From Candidatus Omnitrophota bacterium (GTDB lineage: Bacteria; Omnitrophota; Gorgyraeia; Gygaellales; UBA12090), in NCBI GenBank assembly GCA_023247895.1, contig JAHFFP010000001.1, positions 1,029 through 65,028 on the forward strand: a stretch of DNA of 64,000 nucleotides, read 5' to 3'. A model generated the notes under the pieces. That model did no database searches. It saw only the letters and a program-made list of their open reading frames with translations, and had not been told where the DNA came from. Below, one piece after another: positions 48,421-58,273 of this stretch. A program made the translations under genes and the position numbers. The stretch's first letter is position 1. Each line of letters starts with the position of its first letter.

Positions 48421-48714
48421 TTACTCACTGCGCATAATAAGCAGCCTGATAACACTTTCGTTTAGTGTATATGCCTGTTTCAGTTTTAAAATATTGCGTG
48501 GTTCGCTCTTAAACTGCACCAGATAATAAATGCCTTCATGAAATTTTTTTATCGGGTAGGCAAGCTTTCTTTTCTCCGACCAGATTGCAGAGTTTAAGAC
48601 TTCCCCTTGGTTTTTGATGATTACTTCATTTAATTGCGCAGTAATTTCCTTTTTCTGCTCTTCATTAGCGTTAGGATTTACTATAAACATTGCTTCGTAA
48701 TTACCCATTTTCAA
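48421..48714 (-). CDS. rpsF: 30S ribosomal protein S6
   Basis: YEAMFI, KLAYPIKK. Confidence 0.95.
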   Translation of the reverse strand: MKMGNYEAMFIVNPNANEEQKKEITAQLNEVIIKNQGEVLNSAIWSEKRKLAYPIKKFHEGIYYLVQFKSEPRNILKLKQAYTLNESVIRLLIMRSE

Positions 48715-49285
48715 TCTCCCTTATTCTATTAAAGTTATTCATTGCTGCTTCTATACCATATTCCAACCAATACAATACCGCTTCTTTCGCCGTTATAACG
48801 GCGTTCTGAATTATTCCTTTTTCTTTAGCCGAAAACCGTGACACTACATACTCGCTTAAATCCCGAAGGCTATCTTCAGGCGCGATTCCCACTCTTAAGC
48901 GCGGAAAATCTTCCGTGCGCAGAGAATGAATTATAGCCTGTAAGCCTTTGTGGCCCCCGGCGCTGCCCTTTGCTTTAAGTTTTATCCTGCCTAATGCTAC
49001 GTGTATGTCGTCACAGACTACCAGAATATCTGTAGGGCATAACCTATATTCTTCGGCTAATTTCTTTACGCAATCGCCTGAAAGATTCATATAGGTTTGC
49101 GGTTTACAAAGAACAACTTCTTCTCTTTTAAAGTGAACTTTTATTTTTTGCGATTTGGTTTTGAGGTCTGCCTTCGGGCGCTTCCCAAAGTGCTCAAGGA
49201 GCGCGTCTACCGCCATAAACCCTAAATTATGGCGCGTATTCTTGTAGCCTTCTCCCGGATTGCCTAATCCTACTACCGCTTTCAC
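48701..49285 (-). CDS. pth: Peptidyl-tRNA hydrolase
   Basis: VGLGNPG, TRHN, KPQTYMNLSG, GGH. Confidence 0.96.
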   Translation of the reverse strand: MKAVVGLGNPGEGYKNTRHNLGFMAVDALLEHFGKRPKADLKTKSQKIKVHFKREEVVLCKPQTYMNLSGDCVKKLAEEYRLCPTDILVVCDDIHVALGRIKLKAKGSAGGHKGLQAIIHSLRTEDFPRLRVGIAPEDSLRDLSEYVVSRFSAKEKGIIQNAVITAKEAVLYWLEYGIEAAMNNFNRIREIENG

Positions 49286-49321
49286 AAAAATAAGCTGTCT
49301 GTGTAAAGAAAAAAGGATATG

Positions 49322-50023
49322 TTATTTCTTTTCTTCTTTCTTTGTGGCTGCTTCACCGGTGGCTCCTTCAGCCTTTTCTTTCTTCTCTTTGATAACCTCA
49401 GGCTCGGCCTTTGCCTGGCCTGCAAGAGCTTCTTCAGCCGCAGGAACAGCCTCTTTGGTTGGCATACTCACGGCTAACACCGTTGCCCCAGGATCGCTAA
49501 GTACTTTTACCCCTTGAGGAAGTGAAAGGTCTTTAATATGAAGCGCATCGCCAATCTTCAAGTTTGAAACATCTACCTCTATAGACTCAGGGATCTGCGT
49601 AGGAAGGCACTCGATTTCTAATTCCCACATCGTATGGTCAAGAATCCCGCCATCTTGCTTGACGCCAACAGCCTCGCCTGTAGCAACCAGACCCACCTTT
49701 ACCCTGATAGTCTTTGTTAAGGATATCTCATGAAAATCGATATGAACAATCTCGTCACTCACGGGGTCATGCTGTATCTGCTTTATGAGGACAGACTTGT
49801 CTTGAGATTGAGCGCCATCCTTAATCCTTAAGGTGATCACGAACGATTCCCCCTTATGCACTCGCATAAGATGCAGCAAATCCTTGCTCACTAATTGAAT
49901 GCTTAAGGATTTTTTCCCTTCACCGTAGACTACCGCAGGTAACAGCGCCCGTTTACGCAAGCGATTTACCTTGCCTGTGCCAATGTCCTGCCTTCTCTGT
50001 GCTTCTAGAATTACCTCTTCCAT
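49322..50023 (-). CDS. rplY: 50S ribosomal protein L25/CTC
   Basis: PAVVYG, HIDF, long CTC C-domain. Confidence 0.95.
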   Translation of the reverse strand: MEEVILEAQRRQDIGTGKVNRLRKRALLPAVVYGEGKKSLSIQLVSKDLLHLMRVHKGESFVITLRIKDGAQSQDKSVLIKQIQHDPVSDEIVHIDFHEISLTKTIRVKVGLVATGEAVGVKQDGGILDHTMWELEIECLPTQIPESIEVDVSNLKIGDALHIKDLSLPQGVKVLSDPGATVLAVSMPTKEAVPAAEEALAGQAKAEPEVIKEKKEKAEGATGEAATKKEEKK

Positions 50024-50095
50024 TTTCCTTCGCTCCTTCATCGCTCGGAGTGTAAAGTTTATACGTGCAACTTACACACTAACGTACTTTTTTTT

Positions 50096-51040
50096 CTAAT
50101 CAAATAACGAACTCACCGACTCCTCTTTATATATCCTCTTAATTGCCTCGCCTAAAAGCTCGGCAATTGAGAGGACCTTAATCTTAGGATGCTTTTTTTG
50201 GTTATCTAAAGGAATGCTGTCCGTAATTAATAATTCCTTCAAATTCTTGCTTTTATCTACCCGTTCTATGGCAGAACCGCACAATACGCCGTGGCTGACT
50301 GCGGCGCGTATCTCTTTGGCTCCGTGGTTTGCAAGTATTTCAACCGCTTCAATGAGCGAAGAGCCTGTCGAAATAAGATCATCAACTAAGATAATATTCT
50401 TCCCCTCTATCTCACCTAAGATATGCTCTGCTTCGGTAGACTCCGGAGAAATCCTGCGTTTATCCACAATGGCAAGCCCCGCGTTCAAACGCTTGGCATA
50501 TGCTCGTGCCATCTTGATTCCGCCTACATCCGGAGAAACTACTACCAAATCTTTTAGCTTGAGTTTCTCAAAATATTCCACAAAAACCCCCACCGCAAAC
50601 AGGTGGTCCAAGGGTATATCAAAGAATCCCTGGATTTGCCCCGCGTGCAAATCCATGGTCAGGACCCTATCAGCGCCCGCGACGGTAATCAGGTTTGCCA
50701 CTAATTTCGCAGTGATGGGTACCCGAGGCTGGTCCTTACGGTCCTGGCGCGCATATCCGTAATACGGCATCACCGCGGTTATACGCTTAGCCGATGCCCT
50801 CTTTAAGGCATCAACAAGAATCAACAACTCCATCAAAGTATCATTCGCCGGAGGGCACGTTGGCTGAATCACAAACACATCTTTTCCCCGGATATTCTCC
50901 TCAATTTTTACCCTTATTTCCCCTTCGCTAAACCGGCCTACCAGGCATTCGGATAATTTTAATTTTAGATATTTACAGATGCTCTTGGCTAATTCAGGAT
51001 GAGCGTTTCCGGTTACTAAAGCCAATTTATCCATTATCAT
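50096..51040 (-). CDS. prs: Ribose-phosphate pyrophosphokinase
   Basis: YARQDRK, DLHAGQIQGFF, VDDLISTG. Confidence 0.97.
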   Translation of the reverse strand: MIMDKLALVTGNAHPELAKSICKYLKLKLSECLVGRFSEGEIRVKIEENIRGKDVFVIQPTCPPANDTLMELLILVDALKRASAKRITAVMPYYGYARQDRKDQPRVPITAKLVANLITVAGADRVLTMDLHAGQIQGFFDIPLDHLFAVGVFVEYFEKLKLKDLVVVSPDVGGIKMARAYAKRLNAGLAIVDKRRISPESTEAEHILGEIEGKNIILVDDLISTGSSLIEAVEILANHGAKEIRAAVSHGVLCGSAIERVDKSKNLKELLITDSIPLDNQKKHPKIKVLSIAELLGEAIKRIYKEESVSSLFD

Positions 51041-51058
51041 TCACTCCGTCTATAGAGG

Positions 51059-52312
51059 TTACTTTCTTAATGGCCGTGCAGGCACCCCCACAACCACTTC
51101 TTGGGCTTTCACATCTTTAGTGACAACTGCCCCTGCTCCGGTAATTGCGTGTTTGCCGATTTTTACCGGCGCCCGTAACACGGTATCACAGCCGATAAAT
51201 GCGCCGTCACCTATAACAGTCTTTTGCTTATTCTTGCCGTCGAAATTAGCTACCACGGTCCCGCAGCCGATATTTACCTTGTTTCCGGCAACAGTATCTC
51301 CGAGATAACTGAAATGCTTCATAAAAGACTCACCACCAATTCGAGAACGAGTTATCTCTGTATAATTGCCGATAACTGTCTTATCTTCAATAACCGTTCC
51401 TGGCCGTAAATGACAAAAAGGGCCTATCTGGCAGAATTTACCAATTTTAACATCTTTTTCAACAACTGTAAAGGGATAAATTATTGTATCTTGCCCTATA
51501 GCACTGCCAAAGTCTATATGCGTAGTTTCCGGGTCTACTATCCCTATCCCCGCCAGCATAAATTTTTCTAACATACGATAGCGCATAATCTTTTGCGCCT
51601 CGGCTAAATCTATGCGCGTATTTATGCCTTGCGCTTCCTTTACGTCGCCTTTAAGCGCTATTGAGTCGATACGCAAGCCTTCATCAGCCATAAGCTTTAT
51701 GCAATCGGTTAAATAATATTCTTTTTTCGCGTTATTTGGCTTAATCTTGGCTATTGCCTTAAAAAGCAAATGTTTCTTAAAACAAATTATCCCCGTATTT
51801 ATCTCATTAACATTTTTCTGCTCTCTCGCAGCATCCTTCTCTTCTACAATGGCTTTTATGCTGCAGAAATTATCGCGTATAATTCTCCCATAGCCGCACG
51901 GATTGTCTACATACGCGCTCAGGATAGTTGCCGCGGCATCCGCCTCGTTATGTTTTTGAATGAGCCTTTGCAAGGTTTCTTCTCGGAGAAGGGGCTGATC
52001 CCCATACAGCACGATGATATCCCCGGAAAAACTTCTTAAGGCGCCTTCGGCCCTTTTAATCGCATCCGCAGTGCCTAAGAGCTTATCTTGATACACAGGT
52101 TTAGCTTTATATTCAGCCAGTAGCTCCTGAAGCATTTCCCTCTTATGGCCAACGACTACGAGAGTGCTCTTTAATTTCAGCTCTTTGGCTAAATCCAAAA
52201 CATATGCCAGCATTGGACGGCCGCACAAAGGATGCATCACCTTAGGGATTACAGATTTCATCCGTGTGCCTTCACCTGCCGCCAAAATTATACCAACACA
52301 ATTCTTACTCAT
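51059..52312 (-). CDS. glmU: Bifunctional GlmU
   Basis: LAAGEGTRMKS..PK, GYGRI, EYYLTD, hexapeptide repeats. Confidence 0.95.
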   Translation of the reverse strand: MSKNCVGIILAAGEGTRMKSVIPKVMHPLCGRPMLAYVLDLAKELKLKSTLVVVGHKREMLQELLAEYKAKPVYQDKLLGTADAIKRAEGALRSFSGDIIVLYGDQPLLREETLQRLIQKHNEADAAATILSAYVDNPCGYGRIIRDNFCSIKAIVEEKDAAREQKNVNEINTGIICFKKHLLFKAIAKIKPNNAKKEYYLTDCIKLMADEGLRIDSIALKGDVKEAQGINTRIDLAEAQKIMRYRMLEKFMLAGIGIVDPETTHIDFGSAIGQDTIIYPFTVVEKDVKIGKFCQIGPFCHLRPGTVIEDKTVIGNYTEITRSRIGGESFMKHFSYLGDTVAGNKVNIGCGTVVANFDGKNKQKTVIGDGAFIGCDTVLRAPVKIGKHAITGAGAVVTKDVKAQEVVVGVPARPLRK

Positions 52313-52590
52313 AATGGCCTTACGAAAAGCAAAAAAAACTACATTACTAATTGCTGCGCAAGCCCTAGCGTCATTTTGCAAATTGAAGGGCGTAGCAGAA
52401 TCACCCTAATTGGCATCTGATTGCGCGCTTTTATGGCTTGGAAACAGGCTAAAATGAACAGCTAACGGTATATGTCTTTTCTGCTGCTGATACGCAAAAC
52501 AAGAATCAAAATCTCCCGTAATCAAATCTCGAATCTCGATTTTCGATTCTCTACCAATTTCGAGCCCTGGTTAGAGCCCAAGCTCGAAAT

Positions 52591-52664
52591 TGGTTGCCCG
52601 GCAAGGATTCGAACCTTGACGCTCAGACCCAAATTCTGATGTGCTACCATTACACTACCGGGCA
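52591..52664 (-). tRNA. tRNA-Gln(TTG)
   Basis: TGCCCGGTAGTGTAATGG...TCAGA-AT-TTG-GG-TCTGA...GGTTCGAATCC...CCA. Confidence 0.95.
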
Positions 52665-52686
52665 AAAGTCTCTATCCAAAAACCTC

Positions 52687-53091
52687 CTACGAAACTACTT
52701 CTGCCTGTCCTTTGTTCTTCTCCTGTGCGTAGCCCTCAAGGACTTTTTTCTGTAAATATTCCCTAAATTGTTGCGTGATAGGATGCGCGATGTCCTTATG
52801 CTCTGACTGCATATCTGAAGCCTGTGACTCTCCGGTTATCGGCTGGGAAACAAGCGGCAGCTGTGCCGCGCATTGATTGCAGTATTTGCTGCGCAATTCA
52901 TTCCTAAAGCCGCACTTTGGGCATGGCTGTTTTATCTTTCTTGACGGCATCGCAATAAACAAGCCGCTTGAGCCCTCAATAACCTTTATATTCCTTACCA
53001 CAAAGGCATTATCTAAGGTAATAGTAGCATATGCCTTTAATTTTTTATCTGGCGAATCCTTTAAAAATATTCTTACTTCGCTTATCTCCAT
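52687..53091 (-). CDS. spoVG: SpoVG-family protein with zinc-ribbon insertion
   Basis: MEISEVRI, GLFIAMPSRK, DIAHPI; CxxC..CxxC insert. Confidence 0.9.
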   Translation of the reverse strand: MEISEVRIFLKDSPDKKLKAYATITLDNAFVVRNIKVIEGSSGLFIAMPSRKIKQPCPKCGFRNELRSKYCNQCAAQLPLVSQPITGESQASDMQSEHKDIAHPITQQFREYLQKKVLEGYAQEKNKGQAEVVS

Positions 53092-53127
53092 CGGTGTTAA
53101 CCCTCCTTAAAACCCATCATATGGTGT

Positions 53128-53991
53128 TCAAATTGTTTTTACTACAAATACCTTTACTTTCTGACCATGCTGAAAATGCGCTGCAATCTCAAGGCCCTCC
53201 TTTCTTGAATGAACGATCCCAAAGACTGACCCTCCGGAACCAGACATCAGCACATGCGTAAGCCCGCAGGCTCTCAAATTTTCTTTAAGTATTCTTACCT
53301 CGGGATACTTTCTAAAAGTAATTTCCTCAAGCCGGTTAAACAATATTGAATCTATTGTGAAGTTTCTTCTGCACGCTACTGTGCGTGTGTCTGCATTATG
53401 TCCGCAAAGACCTGCGTTCTTATCAAATTCCCGATATATTTCTTTCGTAGAAACTGATATAGGGGGCACCAAAACAATATGCCAGATTTTTTTATGTAAA
53501 GGGGCAAACGGTTTCACCTTTTCGCCCCTGGAGCTTCCCCAGGCAAAAGAAACATCCGCTATAAAAAAAGCCACATCACTGCCAAGCTCTGCTGCGTACT
53601 CACACAGCCTTCTTCGGCTTAAACGAAGCCTCCAGAGTTGATTTAAGCCGATGAGTGTCGCCGCGGCATTGCTTGAGCCTCCGCCTAAGCCTGCCCCCAA
53701 GGGTATCCGTTTCTTTATCCGGAACCTTACTCCTTTTTTAATCCCCAAACTATTCTTTAAAAGGGTTGCTGCCTTATACACAAGGTTACGGCTGTCCAAA
53801 GGCATTTCTTTAGAATCGGATTCTATAGTAATACTATTGTCTTGGGACTCCTTTATAGTTATTTCATCGGCTAAAGATATCCGCTCAAAAAGCGTAGAGA
53901 TGGTATGATATCCATCCGGCCTTTTATCCAAAACCTCCAGATAGAGATTTAATTTTGCCGGCGAGATTACCCTTACTGTTTTAGCCATCAC
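53128..53991 (-). CDS. ispE: CDP-ME kinase
   Basis: PAKLNLYL, GLGGGSSNAA, MSGSG. Confidence 0.95.
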   Translation of the reverse strand: MMAKTVRVISPAKLNLYLEVLDKRPDGYHTISTLFERISLADEITIKESQDNSITIESDSKEMPLDSRNLVYKAATLLKNSLGIKKGVRFRIKKRIPLGAGLGGGSSNAAATLIGLNQLWRLRLSRRRLCEYAAELGSDVAFFIADVSFAWGSSRGEKVKPFAPLHKKIWHIVLVPPISVSTKEIYREFDKNAGLCGHNADTRTVACRRNFTIDSILFNRLEEITFRKYPEVRILKENLRACGLTHVLMSGSGGSVFGIVHSRKEGLEIAAHFQHGQKVKVFVVKTI

Positions 53992-53995
53992 GTTA

Positions 53996-54922
53996 TCAAA
54001 GAACTCTTTTACAAGTAGCTACAATGTCCTTTACGGACAATTTATATTCGTTCAACAACTCATCCGGCTCGCCTGATTGCCCGTAGCGATTCCTTACGCC
54101 CACCCGTAACACGGTAGTAGGATGATGTTCGGCAACCACCTCATCAACTGCCGAAGCTAAACCACCCACAATCGTATGTTCTTCACAGACGACAATCCCT
54201 TTGGTTTCTTTTGCCGCTTTTATGATGGCTTTTGAATCAATGGGCTTTATGGTATGCATATTGATTACCCTGCAGTATATGCCTTCATTCTTAAGCGCAA
54301 TAGCGGCATCAAGAGCCTGCGTTACCATAATGCCGCAGGCAATGACCGCGATATCCTTACCCTCGGATAATACTTCGGCCTCGCCGAATTTAAAGATCCC
54401 TTTTCCTTCAAGGGTCGCAACCTTTGGCCTTCCAAGCCTTACATACACAGGCCCTTGCGTCTGGTATGCCGCTAACACCGCATCGCGCGTCTGAGGGCCG
54501 TCCGCGGGGACAATAACTTTCATCGTCGGGATAATCCGCATAAGGGTAATATCCTCTAATGCCTGATGCGAGGCTCCGTCAGGGCCAACGCTCACCCCCG
54601 CGTGGGTAGCCACGATCTTAACATTAAAATTATTATAGGCAAGGGTATTACGCACCTGATCCCATGCCCTTCCTGTAGCAAATATCGCAAAGGTAGAGAT
54701 AAACACAATTTTCCCGCAGCTTGCCATACCGGCTGATGCCGCAACCATATTCTGTTCGGCAACGCCGAAATTAAAAAACCTGTCCTTAAACTCCTTGGTA
54801 AAAAGGCACGTCCTTGTAGAACTGGAAAGGTCGGCATCAAAAACCACCACATTGGGGTCGCTCTTGCCAAGCTCCACCAATGTTTTGCCATACACATCGC
54901 GTTGATAAAGCATCTCAGCCAT
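53996..54922 (-). CDS. Transketolase, C-terminal subunit
   Basis: GVAEQNM, GPDGASHQ, EEH. Confidence 0.93.
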   Translation of the reverse strand: MAEMLYQRDVYGKTLVELGKSDPNVVVFDADLSSSTRTCLFTKEFKDRFFNFGVAEQNMVAASAGMASCGKIVFISTFAIFATGRAWDQVRNTLAYNNFNVKIVATHAGVSVGPDGASHQALEDITLMRIIPTMKVIVPADGPQTRDAVLAAYQTQGPVYVRLGRPKVATLEGKGIFKFGEAEVLSEGKDIAVIACGIMVTQALDAAIALKNEGIYCRVINMHTIKPIDSKAIIKAAKETKGIVVCEEHTIVGGLASAVDEVVAEHHPTTVLRVGVRNRYGQSGEPDELLNEYKLSVKDIVATCKRVL

Positions 54923-54924
54923 AA

Positions 54925-55755
54925 TTATTCCAATTCTTTTAACGCTTTCTCCGCTTCTTCTTTAGTAGGTGCCCTACCGTGAAATTCCAAAACGCCTTCC
55001 ATAAATGAAACCCCCTTGCCCTTTATGGTATGCGCAATGATGATAGTGGGTTTACCTTTTATCGTCTTGGCTTCTTCAAAGGCATAGAGCAGCTCTTTGA
55101 TATCATGGCCGTTTATTTCAATGGTATGCCAGCCAAAGCTGCGCCATTTATCGGTAACAGGCTCCAAATTCATTATCTCTTTGGTGCAGCCGTCTATTTG
55201 AAAACCATTATAATCGAGAATCGCACAAAGGTTATCGCGCTGATAATGGCTGCATGCCATTGCCGCTTCCCAGATATTTCCTTCCTGGATTTCCCCATCG
55301 CCCATCACACAATACACCCGGTAATCGCGCGTATCAACTTTTGCTGCCAGGCTCATACCCAAAGCAACCGATAAACCCTGGCCTAATGAACCGCTTGCCA
55401 CCTCAACTCCTGGGACCCTTCTATCCGGATGCCCCTGCAATATTGACCCAAACTTTCGTAGAGTTAAAAGATGCCCCGCAGGAAAATACCCCGCCTCTGA
55501 TAACGCCGCGTATAACGCCGGACAACAATGCCCTTTCGATAAATGAAACCTATCCCTGTCCTGCCAATAAGGCTCTTTAGGATTATAGCGCATGACTTTA
55601 AAATAAAGGCACGTAATGACATCGGTAATAGAGAGGCTCCCTCCCGGATGCCCAGAGCCTGCCTGAGCCAGCATCTGAATGACAAGCCTGCGAATCTGCT
55701 TTGCCTTTTCTTCTAAAAGCTTTATTTCTTTTTCATCGATTGTTTTTATCATCAC
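54925..55755 (-). CDS. Transketolase, N-terminal subunit
   Basis: SGHPGG, LSKGH, GSLGQG, GDGE. Confidence 0.93.
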   Translation of the reverse strand: MMIKTIDEKEIKLLEEKAKQIRRLVIQMLAQAGSGHPGGSLSITDVITCLYFKVMRYNPKEPYWQDRDRFHLSKGHCCPALYAALSEAGYFPAGHLLTLRKFGSILQGHPDRRVPGVEVASGSLGQGLSVALGMSLAAKVDTRDYRVYCVMGDGEIQEGNIWEAAMACSHYQRDNLCAILDYNGFQIDGCTKEIMNLEPVTDKWRSFGWHTIEINGHDIKELLYAFEEAKTIKGKPTIIIAHTIKGKGVSFMEGVLEFHGRAPTKEEAEKALKELE

Positions 55756-56720
55756 TTTAGCTTTTCTAATTTCTCTTTTACCTTTTGCTGCTCGGCATCT
55801 AAACTAAGAGACTTCTCCCAGCTCCGTAACGCCTTATCGGATATTCCCTTCTTAAAATATGCATCGCCCAAATGGTCAAATATGACTGGGTCAGAAAGCA
55901 AAGCGCTTGCCTTTTCCAGATATTCGATAGCCTTATCAATAAGGCTCATTTTAAAATACACCCAGCCTAAACTATCGATGTAGGCACCATTATCAGGATC
56001 CGCAAGAAGCGCTTTTCTAATAAGCTCCTCTGCCTCAGCGAGATTCACGCCCTCTTCGGCATACACATAGCCCAAGGAATTAAGGGCATCAGGATACTCA
56101 GGATTCAGAGTGAGCGTTTCCTTGAATTTCTCGATTGCCTCTTTCCTTTTTCCCGACTCTTCTAAAAGGCTTCCTAAAAGGAATATCGCCTCATAATTAT
56201 CTTTCTCAAGCGTGAGTATAAGACTATACATCTCAATTGCGTTTTCAAACTTTTTCTGCTGGTAATATAATGCAGCTAAACTCTTAAGGATATAGATATT
56301 CTTAGGCTCTTTTTGCGCAGCCCTTTTCAACACCTCCTCATATTCCTTATTTGCCTTGTCTGAGGAATCCTGCGTTGAATATAAGAGCGCAAGCATAAGC
56401 CCTGCTTCCAAACCTTCAGGATCAAGCCGCTTAGCTTCTTCTAATTCCTGAATTGCTTTTGTAGTATCAGCCTTTCGAATAAAAACCGAGGCCAGGCGCA
56501 GGTGAATACTTGAGATATCTTTTTCCAGGCGAAGCGCATCTTTATACTCTGCGATTGCTTCGTCAAGCTTTTCCTGATGTTCATAAAATAAGCCCATCAT
56601 ATAATGGGCTTGGGCCTGCACTGTTTTTTTATCTCGAGGGCTGGCATAGCAGGAAAGCGTCAAAATAATACTTAAGGCAAAAACACCCGCGAAAAATTTT
56701 GCTGGTCTACAAAACGGCAT
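55752..56720 (-). CDS. TPR-repeat exported protein
   Basis: ALNSLGY, DSLGWVY, DHLGD TPR pattern. Confidence 0.85.
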   Translation of the reverse strand: MPFCRPAKFFAGVFALSIILTLSCYASPRDKKTVQAQAHYMMGLFYEHQEKLDEAIAEYKDALRLEKDISSIHLRLASVFIRKADTTKAIQELEEAKRLDPEGLEAGLMLALLYSTQDSSDKANKEYEEVLKRAAQKEPKNIYILKSLAALYYQQKKFENAIEMYSLILTLEKDNYEAIFLLGSLLEESGKRKEAIEKFKETLTLNPEYPDALNSLGYVYAEEGVNLAEAEELIRKALLADPDNGAYIDSLGWVYFKMSLIDKAIEYLEKASALLSDPVIFDHLGDAYFKKGISDKALRSWEKSLSLDAEQQKVKEKLEKLK

Positions 56721-57000
56721 CTATCGTATAGAAACGCAAAAATACTTTATATGGCACAGAAACCCTTACACCCCACTTTAAACCCATAATTTGCATTAGC
56801 CCACTGCGAATAACGCTAATCTTTTGGGTTAAAAGCCTTTGGCATAGAGGGACCGCTGTTTAGTTAATGCTGAAAAGTCTTTTTCTGGCACAAATTCTCA
56901 CGAATACAGTGACGAAATAAATCGCGCCTATTCATACAACATAAGGGTTTTTCAACGCTTAACTAGTTACGGTCAGCGCCGCCTTAAAAGGCCCTCACGC

Positions 57001-57102
57001 TTAACCCCAAGCTCTTTTCTTCAAGTGTCTACGCTTACGCAGCATTTTCTTTCTCTTGTGCGTGCGTATCTTCTTTTTCTTTCTTTTTCTGCCGCAAGGC
57101 AT
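57001..57102 (-). CDS. 33-aa basic protein, bS22/AURKAIP1-COX24-like small ribosomal protein (not in ORF track)
   Basis: MPCGRKRKKKKIRTHKRKKMLRKRRHLKKRAWG*; AAGGAG RBS. Confidence 0.8.
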   Translation of the reverse strand: MPCGRKRKKKKIRTHKRKKMLRKRRHLKKRAWG

Positions 57103-57232
57103 TTCTTCACTCCTTCAAGCTTGTTTTCGTTTGCCGTTGACCCTGCCTCACCGTCAGGCAGGCATGTACCGTTTACCGTTACGGCTAACGGTGAGCGTTC
57201 CAGGGTAAACGCAACGATTATCTTTAGTTTGG

Positions 57233-58111
57233 TTAATATATCAACTTATTCAACGGATACTCAATAATTCCCTCAGCGCCCGCTGACTTAAGCAAGGGGA
57301 TAATAGTGCGCACTATCTTTTCTTCAATGATTGTCTCAACCGCAAGCCAGTCTTTTTGGGCCAAATCTGATATCGTAGGATTTTTAAGCGCAGGCAGGAG
57401 GCTTATTACTCTTTTGACATTCTCTCTGCGGACATTCATTTTCAATCCCACCTTGCCTTCTGCCTGAATAGCGCCTTTAAGCAAAAGGCATATCTGGCGC
57501 ATTTTCTCTTGTTTCCAAGAATCTTTGTACGAAGCTTTATTGGCAATAAATTGGGTTGTTGACTCAATAATAGTCGCAATCTGAATAAGCTTATGCGCCC
57601 TTAGACTTCTTCCTGTTTCGGTAAGCTCGACAATTCCATCAACCAGCCCCGAAGCAACCTTCACTTCAGTTGCCCCCCAGCTAAATTCAACCTCCGCATC
57701 CACCTTGTTTTTCTTTAAATATGCTTTCGTCACATTCACAAGCTCAGTGGCAATTAATTTCCCCTTCAAATCTTTTACCTCTTTAATTCCGGAATTTTCC
57801 GGAACTGCCAATACCCAGCGCACCGGATTTAAACTCTGCTTGGCATACACTAATTCCTCAACGTTAACCACCTCAGAGCCGTTTTCCATTATCCAGTCGT
57901 TACCCGTAATACCGCAATCAAGAGCCCCATCCTCGACGTAACGCGACATTTCCTGCGCCCTAAGCAATACCGGGTCAATTTCAGGATCATCAATAGAAGG
58001 GATATAAGAACGCTCTCCCGTATAAATGCTAAACCCTGCCTTCTTAAGCATCGCAAACGTTGCTTCCTGCAAACTCCCCTTAGGCAAACCTAATTTTAAC
58101 ACTTTAGTCAT
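57233..58111 (-). CDS. hisG: ATP phosphoribosyltransferase (long form)
   Basis: LPKGSL, GATE, ETGRSL, GAEGI. Confidence 0.96.
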   Translation of the reverse strand: MTKVLKLGLPKGSLQEATFAMLKKAGFSIYTGERSYIPSIDDPEIDPVLLRAQEMSRYVEDGALDCGITGNDWIMENGSEVVNVEELVYAKQSLNPVRWVLAVPENSGIKEVKDLKGKLIATELVNVTKAYLKKNKVDAEVEFSWGATEVKVASGLVDGIVELTETGRSLRAHKLIQIATIIESTTQFIANKASYKDSWKQEKMRQICLLLKGAIQAEGKVGLKMNVRRENVKRVISLLPALKNPTISDLAQKDWLAVETIIEEKIVRTIIPLLKSAGAEGIIEYPLNKLIY

Positions 58112-58273
58112 AGAGAATCCCTATCAAAAAAAACTCTCTCTCCTTACACCTATAAGAAAGGCACGTGCTTCATTCTATATCTTCACACCAGCCTCATGCC
58201 TAAAACCTTAACAATTATACAGGCATACATTTAAATTGTAAAGCAAAAAGATATTGCCTGAGTACGGTTAAAG

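Noticed and set aside
56740-57000. Possible structured RNA (e.g. 6S) upstream of the TPR gene
   Set aside because: Only one modest hairpin is visible; no family can be supported without a covariance search.
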